This document shows, piece after piece, positions 32,800-41,600 of a stretch of 46,949 nt of DNA. The stretch is from Thermoplasmata archaeon. Lineage in GTDB: Archaea > Thermoplasmatota > Thermoplasmata > Lutacidiplasmatales > UBA184. Made by a program: the position numbers and the translations under genes. Under the pieces are notes generated by a model that made no database searches, was not told the DNA's origin, and saw only the letters and a program-made list of their open reading frames with translations. The stretch is taken from assembly GCA_021812305.1 (NCBI GenBank), contig JAKAOB010000002.1, forward strand, positions 1 through 46,949, read 5' to 3'. Position 1 is the stretch's first letter; every line of letters begins with the position of its first letter.

Positions 32800-34390
32800 A
32801 GCGCTCGTGGTACACCACCCGGTACTGGAAGGTGCGGCGGAGGACCCGGGCGATCCGTTCGATGACCCGGGGGGGGAGCCCCTCGGCGGCGCGGTGGGTC
32901 GCGCGCAGGTGGACCGTGCGCTCCCGCAGCGTGAACCCGACCGGGGTCCCGTCGAGCAGCTCGGCGACGAACAGGATCGCCCCCAGCTCCACCGCGGTCC
33001 GCACCCCGGCGCGGCGGAGGACCGGTCGCCAGATCTTGCGGAGGTCGCCCGGCAGCTCGGCGCCCTCGTGCTGGAGGAGCGCGAGCGTCGCGAGCGCGAT
33101 CTGGCGGTGGTCGACGCCGAGGAACGGGAAGTTGCTCAACAGGTAGGCGGAGTGCTCCTCGTGGGCCCAGCCGGCCACGGACATGCCCGCGTCGTGCATC
33201 CCGGCCGCCACTTCGAGGGCCAGCGCCTCCGAGTCGGTCCAGCCGAACCGCGGACGGAGACGGGAGAAGAGCGCCAGGGCGCTCTGGGCGACCGCGTCTC
33301 CGTGCTCGAGCGAGAACCCGAAGGAGCGATGGGCGACCGTGAGCGACCGGCGCGCGAGCGCCCGGGCCGAGGCGGGCACGGCGATCCCCGCCGCTTCGAC
33401 CGCCGCCCCTTCGCGGATGCCCGTCCCGCTCACGACCAGACGGTCGCGGTCCGTGGCCCGCAGGACCTCCTCCACCACGATGATCCCCGCGACGATGACG
33501 TCCGCACGGTGGCCCGTCATGCCGGGCAGCTGCCGCCGCGCCGAGGCGGGCACCGAGGCCATCAGCTCCTCGAGGTCGCGCAGGGTGGCCCGCGTCAGCT
33601 CGAAGCCGTGGGTCTGGTGCAGCGGGTACCGGTTCGCCTCGATCGCCACCCGCGCCAGGCACCGGATCGTGCCTCCGACCCCATAGATCCGCTCCGGACG
33701 GCGTCCCGACTCCCTCCGGGGGAGGTCGGCGAGCGCCCGCCGGACGTGGCCGCGGAGCGCGCGCATCTCGCGGCGCTTGGGCGGGTCGTGCCGGAGGAAC
33801 CTCTGGCTCAGGCGCAGTGCCCCGAGCGGGAGGCTGGTGGACCGCCCGGGGAGTCCGCGGTGGGTCAGCACTGCCTGCAGGGAGCCCCCGCCGAGGTCGA
33901 CGATGAGGTCGTTCGCGAGCTCCCAGGCCGTGGCGACGCCGAGGTAGGCCAGACGCCCTTCCTCCTCGCCGCTGATCACTCGCAGGCGAAGGCCCGTGTC
34001 CCGCTCCACCTGGTTGACGAACGTGGGGCCGTTCGGCGCGTCGCGGATCGCGCTGGTGGCGACCGCTTCGAGCGGAGGGTTGCCCAGCCGATCGAGCTGC
34101 AGGGCGAACCGGCGGAGCGTCGCGCGCCCACGCTCGATCGCGTCCGGGGTGAGCGCGCCGTCCGGGCCGATCCCCTTGCCAAGGCGCGGTACCTCCTTCG
34201 ACTCGAACATCGACCGAAGACCCCCTTCGGCCGTCCGCTCGAAGACGACGAGTCGAGCCGTGTTCGAACCGACGTCGATCACGGCGATACGGCCGACCGG
34301 GGCCCCCGGTTGGACCATCGCGCGGAGGACACCCTCCGCCGGGGCCATCGCGACCCGGGCGGGGGCCCGCACGGGGCCGGGAAGGCTCAT
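32798..34390 (-). CDS. ppx: exopolyphosphatase / GppA-family phosphatase with a C-terminal HD-like domain
   Basis: IAVIDVGSNTARLVVFE, ATSAIRDAPNG, ISGEEEGRLAYLG, DLGGGS. I prefer ATG 34390 (MSLPGP...). The 150 codons further upstream in the track ORF have poor third-position GC. Confidence 0.85.
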   Translation of the reverse strand: MSLPGPVRAPARVAMAPAEGVLRAMVQPGAPVGRIAVIDVGSNTARLVVFERTAEGGLRSMFESKEVPRLGKGIGPDGALTPDAIERGRATLRRFALQLDRLGNPPLEAVATSAIRDAPNGPTFVNQVERDTGLRLRVISGEEEGRLAYLGVATAWELANDLIVDLGGGSLQAVLTHRGLPGRSTSLPLGALRLSQRFLRHDPPKRREMRALRGHVRRALADLPRRESGRRPERIYGVGGTIRCLARVAIEANRYPLHQTHGFELTRATLRDLEELMASVPASARRQLPGMTGHRADVIVAGIIVVEEVLRATDRDRLVVSGTGIREGAAVEAAGIAVPASARALARRSLTVAHRSFGFSLEHGDAVAQSALALFSRLRPRFGWTDSEALALEVAAGMHDAGMSVAGWAHEEHSAYLLSNFPFLGVDHRQIALATLALLQHEGAELPGDLRKIWRPVLRRAGVRTAVELGAILFVAELLDGTPVGFTLRERTVHLRATHRAAEGLPPRVIERIARVLRRTFQYRVVYHER

Positions 34391-34605
34391 GGGGCCCGTC
34401 CCGCCCCGCCCACCCCATCCCTCGGCGGGCAGGACCGGCGCGGCGCGCTCGACCGGCCGTTGACGGAGGGCCGACGCTGGGGCCGCCGACGTTCCGCGAC
34501 CGCGCCTGCCATCTGCGAGAGCTCCGAGTGGGCTCGGGTAAGGTTCAGAGTGCCGCCGCCTAAATTGGGTTTCGCCTTTACGGAATCGGTCCCCCGACGT
34601 TCCCT

Positions 34606-34860
34606 CTATCGCCCCGGGCGCAGGGTCCGACGAACGATCCACCGCCAGCGCCCCCGGCGGACACCGGGCCCGCTCTCCGCCCGGTCCCCGACGCGCCGGT
34701 CGACCTCGCGCGCCGCCCACACCGGGTCTTCGTTCGGGAACTCGAGCCGTGCCCACTCCCCCACGGCGCCGGGCCGGGCCCCCCGTCCGCCCGTTGCCGA
34801 CCGTCTCCTCGTCCCGCCCGACTCCCGCCGTGCCTCGAGGTCCATCCATTCGATCTCCAT
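34606..34860 (-). CDS. possible small basic protein (84 aa)
   Basis: ATG 34860 directly abuts the AT-rich promoter region, with ATATAG 23-30 nt upstream. Third-position GC is about 88 percent in this frame. It is Arg/Trp-rich with no recognisable motif. Confidence 0.4.
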   Translation of the reverse strand: MEIEWMDLEARRESGGTRRRSATGGRGARPGAVGEWARLEFPNEDPVWAAREVDRRVGDRAESGPGVRRGRWRWIVRRTLRPGR

Positions 34861-35049
34861 CGTTTCTACATATTTATTTCAGAACTATATATCTGCTTCT
34901 AACCAGCGGAACCGACCCGCGTGCGCCGATAAGAAATGAAGGGCAGTGGGACCGCGAGAGAGGATGCCCCGTCGGACCCCGCACCGGCGGAAGGCCGGCG
35001 TACGGTCCTTATGTGAGAGTATTGAGTAGACTATATTCTAAATTGGGAA

Positions 35050-35061
35050 GATATATATTTC
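35050..35061 (+). promoter_or_regulatory. TATA box for the PhoU-type regulator
   Basis: GATATATATTTC, 21-32 nt upstream of ATG 35082. Confidence 0.55.
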
Positions 35062-35081
35062 AACCTGACCTTGGACACGCC

Positions 35082-36323
35082 ATGATGGGAAAGGAAGGAA
35101 CCCGGGACGGCGCCGTGAGCCGGTTCCCACCGAAGGGCCGGACCGAGATCGAGGAAGAGCCGTTCAGGCGGCTTCAGCGGATGGGCGCGGTGACGATCGG
35201 CGTCTCGCTTCCCAAACCCTGGGTAGCCCGGCACCGGCTCGGGGTCGGAAGTCCGATCAAGCTGCGGGCCCTGGCCGACGACTCGATCCTCCTGCGGGCG
35301 GAACCGCCGCATCCGGGAGGGCTCGGGGCGGTGGTGGCCGTCGACCGTACCGCGTCCCCCGAGCATCTCTTCCGAGACCTCGTGGGGTCGTACATCTCCG
35401 GGGCTCACGAGTTCGAGATCCTCGAGCCGGGCGGACTGCGGCCGGAGACCCGGCAGATCGTCCGGACGTTCGCGCGCCGCACGTTGCAGATCGAGATCGT
35501 CTCCGAGGACGCGGAGCGGCTGGTCCTGCGGGACGTCTCGCGCGGGGGCGACCTCGCCCTGGGACCCGTGCTTCACCGGATGTTCCAGGTGGTCTTGGAC
35601 CTCCAGCGCCAGGCGGGCGCCGCGTGGGGCGAGTCGGAACCGACGGAGGCCGTCTCGCTCGGCCTGCGGGACGACGAGGTCGATCGCTACGCTTGGCTCG
35701 TCGAGCGCGTCCTCGCCCTTCGCCTGGCCCCCGAGACGCTCGGCGAATACCCCCAGACCGCCGAGGGCCATCCCCTTCACGCCCTGCTCCTCACGCGATA
35801 TCTCGAACGGATCGCGGACCACGCGGTCAAGATCGCGGATGTGCACGCTCGCCTCGGCGGGGCCCGCCTGCCCCCTCGGCTCACGTCGGCGCTCCGGGAC
35901 CTCCATGGGCAGATCCTCCGTGCCCTCGAGGCGGCGGTCGAGGTCGCCGAGCATCCGGATTCCGCCCGGGCGAACGAGGTCATCGACACGACCGAGGCCC
36001 TGCACCAGACCCAGGAGACGCTGAGGGAGGGTCTGCTCGCCCGTGCCCGACCGGCGGACCTCACCCCCGCCGCGGCCGCCGGCCTCGGCCTGGTGCTGGA
36101 GTCCCTCGACCGGACCGTCGCGTACGCCCAGGACATCGCGGAGATCGGCCTCGACCGGGCGGCGCGCGCCGCCCTCGCGCCGGTGCCTTCCCGCGAGGGC
36201 CCCTCCGCGGCCTCCGCTTCGCCCGCGCGGTCGGCGGGCCGCACCGAGGACGCTCCGGCCCCCCGGCGGCGTCGCATCACCCCGAACGCCGCGCCGGCGG
36301 CGCGGTCGTCCGACTACAGGTAG
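35082..36323 (+). CDS. phoU: PhoU-family phosphate regulator with an N-terminal SpoVT/AbrB domain
   Basis: AVTIGVSLPKPWVARHRLGVGSPIKL (AbrB-like swapped hairpin). PhoU repeats DDEVDRYAWLVERVL and LTRYLERIADHAVKIAD. ATG 35082 lies 21-32 nt after GATATATATTTC. Confidence 0.82.
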   Translation: MMGKEGTRDGAVSRFPPKGRTEIEEEPFRRLQRMGAVTIGVSLPKPWVARHRLGVGSPIKLRALADDSILLRAEPPHPGGLGAVVAVDRTASPEHLFRDLVGSYISGAHEFEILEPGGLRPETRQIVRTFARRTLQIEIVSEDAERLVLRDVSRGGDLALGPVLHRMFQVVLDLQRQAGAAWGESEPTEAVSLGLRDDEVDRYAWLVERVLALRLAPETLGEYPQTAEGHPLHALLLTRYLERIADHAVKIADVHARLGGARLPPRLTSALRDLHGQILRALEAAVEVAEHPDSARANEVIDTTEALHQTQETLREGLLARARPADLTPAAAAGLGLVLESLDRTVAYAQDIAEIGLDRAARAALAPVPSREGPSAASASPARSAGRTEDAPAPRRRRITPNAAPAARSSDYR

Positions 36324-37309
36324 CTCGCGTAGGCGTGGATGACCGCCCGCTCGGCGGTGGCCCAGGCCTCCGGGATCGAGTTCCAGCCGTTGCGGAGATC
36401 CCCGACGCAGTACAGGCCCGGGATCGGCTCGCCGGTATCGGCCGCCAGCGCCCGGCAGTCCTCGTCGGTGACCACGTACCCGTCCCCGTCGAAGCGGCAG
36501 CCCAAAGAGCGCGGGATCTCCGAGTGCATCGAGTACCAACCCAGTCCCGAGAAGCCGCGGTCGTAGGTGCGCTCGGCCCCGTCAGCGAAGCGGACCCGGA
36601 ACTCCTTCTCCCTCAGCCCGCCGAGCTCCGCCAATTCCGCTTCGTGCACCGGGACCCGCTGCTCGGCCAGTGCCGAACGCAGCGCGAGGGCCTCACCGGG
36701 CTCGACGCCGCCGAGGAACGGCCAGCCGTGGGTGAGGATCTCCACCGACCGGGGCTCCCAGTGGAGCAGCTCGAGCGCGAGGCGCGCGGTGTAGGCGTCG
36801 TGCCCTACGACCGCGACCGAGCGCCCGGTCATGTCGTGCGCGTCGCAGAAGAGGCAGAAGTCGAACAGCGCGAAGTTCGCCCAGGGGAAGATCGTGTCGA
36901 TCTTCCCGCCGACCTCGGGCATCCGGTCCACGACGCCCATCGCGAGGACGACGGCCCGGGCGTGGACCGTGCGCGGCTGCTTGAGCCAGTCGAATGCGAC
37001 CGCGTACCCCTCCGGGGTGCGGTCGACCCGGGTCACCAGGGCGGGGGAGAAGTAGCCGACCCGGTCGCCGACCCGGCGCAGCGCGGCCGCCTGGTGATCG
37101 AGGAGGGCGTGTCCGCTGATCCCGTCCGGGAACCCGGGGATGTTGTCCATCCGCGGCGCGTAGAACGACCGGGAATACTTCGGTCCGCGATCGAGGACCG
37201 CCGCCGAGTGGTGCAGGAGACCCGCCTTGAGGCCGGCCTGCAGGCCCGCGTGGCCTCCACCGACGACCACCAGGTCGTAGGACTCCCTCAAGCGGGGAAA
37301 GCCCGGCAT
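36314..37309 (-). CDS. thioredoxin-reductase-like FAD-dependent disulfide oxidoreductase
   Basis: YDLVVVGGGHAGLQAG (FAD GxGxxG), redox CLFC in FCLFCDAHDMTGRSVAVVG, and the C-terminal GLYCVGD. The NADPH-site GGGDSA is not conserved (GHDAYTA). Confidence 0.8.
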   Translation of the reverse strand: MPGFPRLRESYDLVVVGGGHAGLQAGLKAGLLHHSAAVLDRGPKYSRSFYAPRMDNIPGFPDGISGHALLDHQAAALRRVGDRVGYFSPALVTRVDRTPEGYAVAFDWLKQPRTVHARAVVLAMGVVDRMPEVGGKIDTIFPWANFALFDFCLFCDAHDMTGRSVAVVGHDAYTARLALELLHWEPRSVEILTHGWPFLGGVEPGEALALRSALAEQRVPVHEAELAELGGLREKEFRVRFADGAERTYDRGFSGLGWYSMHSEIPRSLGCRFDGDGYVVTDEDCRALAADTGEPIPGLYCVGDLRNGWNSIPEAWATAERAVIHAYASYL

Positions 37310-37465
37310 CGCTCCCGGGTGAGCCGAACGGGGATTTGAGACCGGACCCCGGGGCCGGGACACCGGGCCCGCGGCCGGAGCGACGGAACGGGCAAGATTC
37401 GTCCGTTCGCCAACGCAAATGTTAAGGCTCACGCGCTTCCTCGGAGCCGCTGGGTTGCCTCGACC

Positions 37466-38617
37466 GTGCCGTCCGACCGTGCGCGAACCGCGCTCGGGGG
37501 GACGCTATTCCTCGAGGACGGGACCCGGTTCGAAGGGGTCGGGTTCGGCGCCGAGAGAAGCCGCGTCGGCGAGGTCGTCTTCACCACGGGGATGGTCGGC
37601 TACCCCGAGTCGCTGACCGACCCGTCCTACCGCGGCCAGATCCTCACCTTCACCTACCCGCTCCTCGGCAACTACGGCGTTCCCTCGCCGCGCGAGCGCG
37701 ATGCGCACCACCTCCCCGCGTTCGTCGAGTCGGAGGAGGTCCAGGTCCGCGGCGTCGTCGTTCGCGGCCTGACCCAGCCGCACCATTGGGCCTCGGCGAC
37801 CCGCCTGGAGAACTGGCTGAAGGACGAGGGGGTCCCCGGGATCGCGGGGGTCGACACGCGCCGGCTCACCGAGCACCTCCGGTCGTTCGGGGTGGTCCGG
37901 GGCATCCTCGACGTCGGACGGGCGGACGATCGGCCCTCGGACGAGGAACTTCGGGCGCGGCTCCGCCGCGCGCCGCAGTACGCCGACGAGGCGCTCGTCC
38001 CCGAGGTCTCCGTTCGGGAGCCGACCCTGTACGCGAGCAACGGCGGTCCGCTCGTCGCGGTCCTCGACTGCGGGGTCAAGGCCAGCATCCTCAAGGCGCT
38101 CCTTGCGCGGGGCGCCTCGGTCCTCCGGCTCCCCAGCGACCACGAGGTCCCGGAGCGCTTCGAGGGGCGGCGGGTTTGCGGCCTCCTGGTCGGGAACGGG
38201 CCCGGCGACCCCGCGCTCCTCACCGAGACCATCGCCGAGCTGCGCCGGCCGTCGACCCGGGCGCTCCCGACGCTCGGGATCTGCCTCGGGCACCAGCTCC
38301 TCGCGCTCGCGCGCGGCGGGACGACCTTCAAGCTCAAGTACGGCCACCGGGGGCAGAACAAGACCGTCTGCTTCGACGACGGCCGGGCACTGATCGCCAG
38401 TGAGAACCACGGCTACGCCGTCGAGCCGCGTTCTCTCAAGGGAAGCGGGCTGCGCCCGTGGGCGGTCAACCCGGACGACGATACCCTCGAGGGCCTGCGC
38501 GACGCCCGCGGCCGCCTCTGGGCCCTCCAGGGCCATCCCGAAGGCCACCCCGGCCCCCAGGAGGCCGGGTTCGTCTTCGACCGCTTCCTCGAGCGGGTCC
38601 GCAAGGAGGCCCCGTGA
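37466..38617 (+). CDS. carA: carbamoyl-phosphate synthase small (glutaminase) subunit
   Basis: LFLEDGTRFEGVGFGA...GEVVFTTGMVGYPESLTDPSYRGQI. Catalytic GICLGHQ. The triad continues with HGY...GHPE. Confidence 0.92.
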   Translation: MPSDRARTALGGTLFLEDGTRFEGVGFGAERSRVGEVVFTTGMVGYPESLTDPSYRGQILTFTYPLLGNYGVPSPRERDAHHLPAFVESEEVQVRGVVVRGLTQPHHWASATRLENWLKDEGVPGIAGVDTRRLTEHLRSFGVVRGILDVGRADDRPSDEELRARLRRAPQYADEALVPEVSVREPTLYASNGGPLVAVLDCGVKASILKALLARGASVLRLPSDHEVPERFEGRRVCGLLVGNGPGDPALLTETIAELRRPSTRALPTLGICLGHQLLALARGGTTFKLKYGHRGQNKTVCFDDGRALIASENHGYAVEPRSLKGSGLRPWAVNPDDDTLEGLRDARGRLWALQGHPEGHPGPQEAGFVFDRFLERVRKEAP

Positions 38618-41600
38618 AGACCTACCGCAAGATCCTCGTGCTCGGGAGCGGGGCGCTCAAGATCGGGGAGGCCGGCGAGTTCGACTACTCCGGCAGCCAG
38701 TGCCTCAAGGCGCTGCAGGAGGAGGGGATCTACGTCGTGGTCGTCAACCCGAACATCGCGACCCTGCAGACCGACCCCCCGACGAACGGGCGCGTCTATT
38801 TCCAGCCGCTCACCGCCGACTTCGTCGAGCCGATCCTCGCGGCCGAGCGGCCCGACGGGGTCCTGCTGAGCTTCGGGGGGCAGACCGCGCTCAACTGCGG
38901 GATCGCGCTGGCCGACCGCGGGGCGTTCCGCCGCTACGGTGTCGAGGTCCTCGGCACCCCGCTGTCGGGGATCCGGGCGACCGAGGATCGGGCGAAGTTC
39001 GTCAAGGCGATGGAACGGGCCGGGGTCCCGACCCTCCCGAGCCGCGCCGTCTATTCCATCGAGGAGGCCCTCGCCGCGGCCGAGACGCTGCACTATCCCG
39101 TGATGGTCCGGGTCGCCTACACCCTGGGAGGAAAGGGCGGGGGGATGGCCCGCACGCCCGACGAGCTGCGGGAGGTCGCGCAGCGCGGGCTCCGGGCGAG
39201 CCCGCTCGGTCAGATCCTCCTCGAGCGCTACGTCGGGGAGTTCAAGCAGCTCGAGTACGAGGTGGTCCGCGATCGGGCGGGCAACGCGCTCACGGTCTGC
39301 AACATGGAGAACGTGCTGTCGATGCGCGTGCACACGGGCGACAACATCGTCATCGCCCCGAGCCAGACGCTCACCGACCACGAGTACCAGATGCTCCGCC
39401 AGGCCGCGCTGCGGGCCGTCGAGGTCTGCGGGATCGTCGGCGAGTGCAACATCCAGTTCTGCCTCGACCCGAACAGCGACGAGTACTACGCGATCGAGAT
39501 CAACGCCCGGCTCTCCCGCTCGAGCGCGCTCGCGAGCAAGGCGACGGGCTACCCCCTCGCCTACGTCGCGGCCAAGCTCGCCCTCGGCAAGACCCTGCCC
39601 GAGCTCAAGAACCGGGTCACCGGCGTGACGAGCGCCTGCTTCGAGCCGGCGCTCGACTACGTCGTGGTCAAGCTCCCCCGCTGGGACCTCGACAAGTTCG
39701 CCCGGGCCAACCGCAAGCTCGGGCCGTCGATGAAGTCGGTCGGCGAGGTCATGGGGATCGGCGCGTCGTTCCCGGAGGCGCTGCTCAAGGCCGTGCGCAT
39801 GGGCGACCCGCGGGCGGAGCTCGTTCCCCCGCCGGAGTGCCGACCGCTCGCCGAGCTCCTCCCGGAGCTCTCCGAGCCGGAGCCGACGGTCCTCTACCGG
39901 GTCCTCGAGGCGATCCGGGCCGGGGCGTCCCTCGACGAGCTGCAGAAGCTGACGTACATCGACCGCTGGTTCCTGCAGGCGCTCTCTGAGGTCGAGGAGA
40001 CCCACCGCGCCCTCCAGGCCGGGGCGGGACGGGAGCTGCCCGAGCCGATCCTCCGGCGGGCCAAGGAGCTCGGACTGTCGGACCGCGCGATCGCCCGCGC
40101 CACCCGGCTCGACGAGGAGGAGGTCCGGTCCCGCCGCCTCGCCGCGGGGATCCGGCCCCACCTGAGGATGATCGACACCCTCGCCGGCGAGTGGCCGTCC
40201 CCGACGAACTACCTCTACATGACCTACCGATCGGACGCCGACGACGTCGTCCCCACGCCGCCCGGTAGCGTGCTCGTCCTGGGCGCGGGTCCCTACCGCA
40301 TCGGCTCGAGCGTCGAGTTCGACTGGTCGACGATGAACCTGGTGAGCGGGCTCAAGGCGGAGGGGATCCCGTGCGTGGCCCTGCTCAACTCCAACCCCGA
40401 GACCGTCTCGACGGACTACGACCGCTCCGACCGCCTCTACTTCGAGGAGATCACCCTCGAGCGCGTGCGGGACCTCTTCGAGTTCGAGAAGTTCCGCGGG
40501 GTCGTCACCTGCGTCGGGAGCCAGCTCGCGCAGAACCTGACCCCGCTGCTCCACGCCTGCGGCATCCCCGTCCTGGGCACCGCGGCCGAGTCGATCGACG
40601 CCGCCGAGGACCGCGCCCGCTTCGGCCACCTCATGGAGCGGCTGAAGATCCCGCAGCCGGCCTGGCGGGCGTTCACGACGGTCGACGCGGCGGCCGCGTT
40701 CGCCGACGACGTCGGCTACCCGGTGCTCGTCCGGCCGTCCTACGTACTGTCCGGCGCCGCGATGCGCGTCATCCACGGGCGCCACGACCTCGCCCGGTTC
40801 CTGTCGGAGGCGGCGGCGCTCTCCCCGGAGCACCCGGTCGTCCTCACCAAGTTCATCGAGGGGGCGAGCGAGGTCGAGCTCGACGCGATCTCCGACAGCC
40901 AGGGGGTCCTCGTCGCGGGGATCCTCGAGCACGTCGAGCGGGCCGGGGTCCACTCCGGCGACGCGATCTTCTGCCTGCCGCCCCGGCACACCTCCGTTCA
41001 GGTCCAGGCGGAGCTCGTCGAGGCCGCCGGTCGGATGGCGCGCGCCCTCGCGATCCGCGGTCCGTTCAACGTCCAGTTCCTGGTCAAGGACGGCGCCTTC
41101 CAGATCATCGAGCTCAACCTGCGGGCGAGCCGCTCGCTCCCGTTCCTCCAGAAGGCGACCGGCGCGCCGCTGCTCACCGAGGCCGCCCGCGCCATCCTGG
41201 GCCGTCCGGTCTCGCGGACGGGGATCGCGCCGCTGCCTCCCGGCCGCTGGGGCGTCAAGGTCCCCCAGTTCTCCTTCCTCCAGCTCACCGGCTCCGACCC
41301 GCTCCTCGGGGTCGAGATGCAGTCGACCGGTGAGGTCGCCTGCTTCGGGCCCACGTTCGCCGACGCCCTGGTCAAGGCGCTGGTCGCGACCGGCGTGCGC
41401 CTCGTCCCGAAGGGCGGGACCGCGTTCCTCTCGGTCGGGGGACCGCAGAACAAGGAGGCGATCGAAGCGCCCGCCCGCGAGCTCAGCCGGATCGGCTTCC
41501 GCCTCGCGGCGACGGAGGACACCGCCGCGTTCCTTTCGGCGCGCGGCTTCCGCGGCGTGAAGGTCCTGCACAAGGTCAGTGAACCGGACCGGCACCCGAA

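Noticed and set aside
34440-34605. Possible RNase P RNA, SRP RNA or riboswitch upstream of ppx.
   Set aside because: I could not find the conserved cores by eye on either strand. These include GAGGAAAGTCC and ACAGAA-type RNase P elements, the SRP helix-8 motifs, and the TPP CTGAGA / fluoride signatures.
34391-34849. N-terminal 153-codon extension of ppx in track ORF 32798..34849.
   Set aside because: It has a Gly/Arg-rich composition and poor third-position GC over most of its length. The Ppx actin-like fold begins just after ATG 34390. I keep it only as an alternative in the findings.
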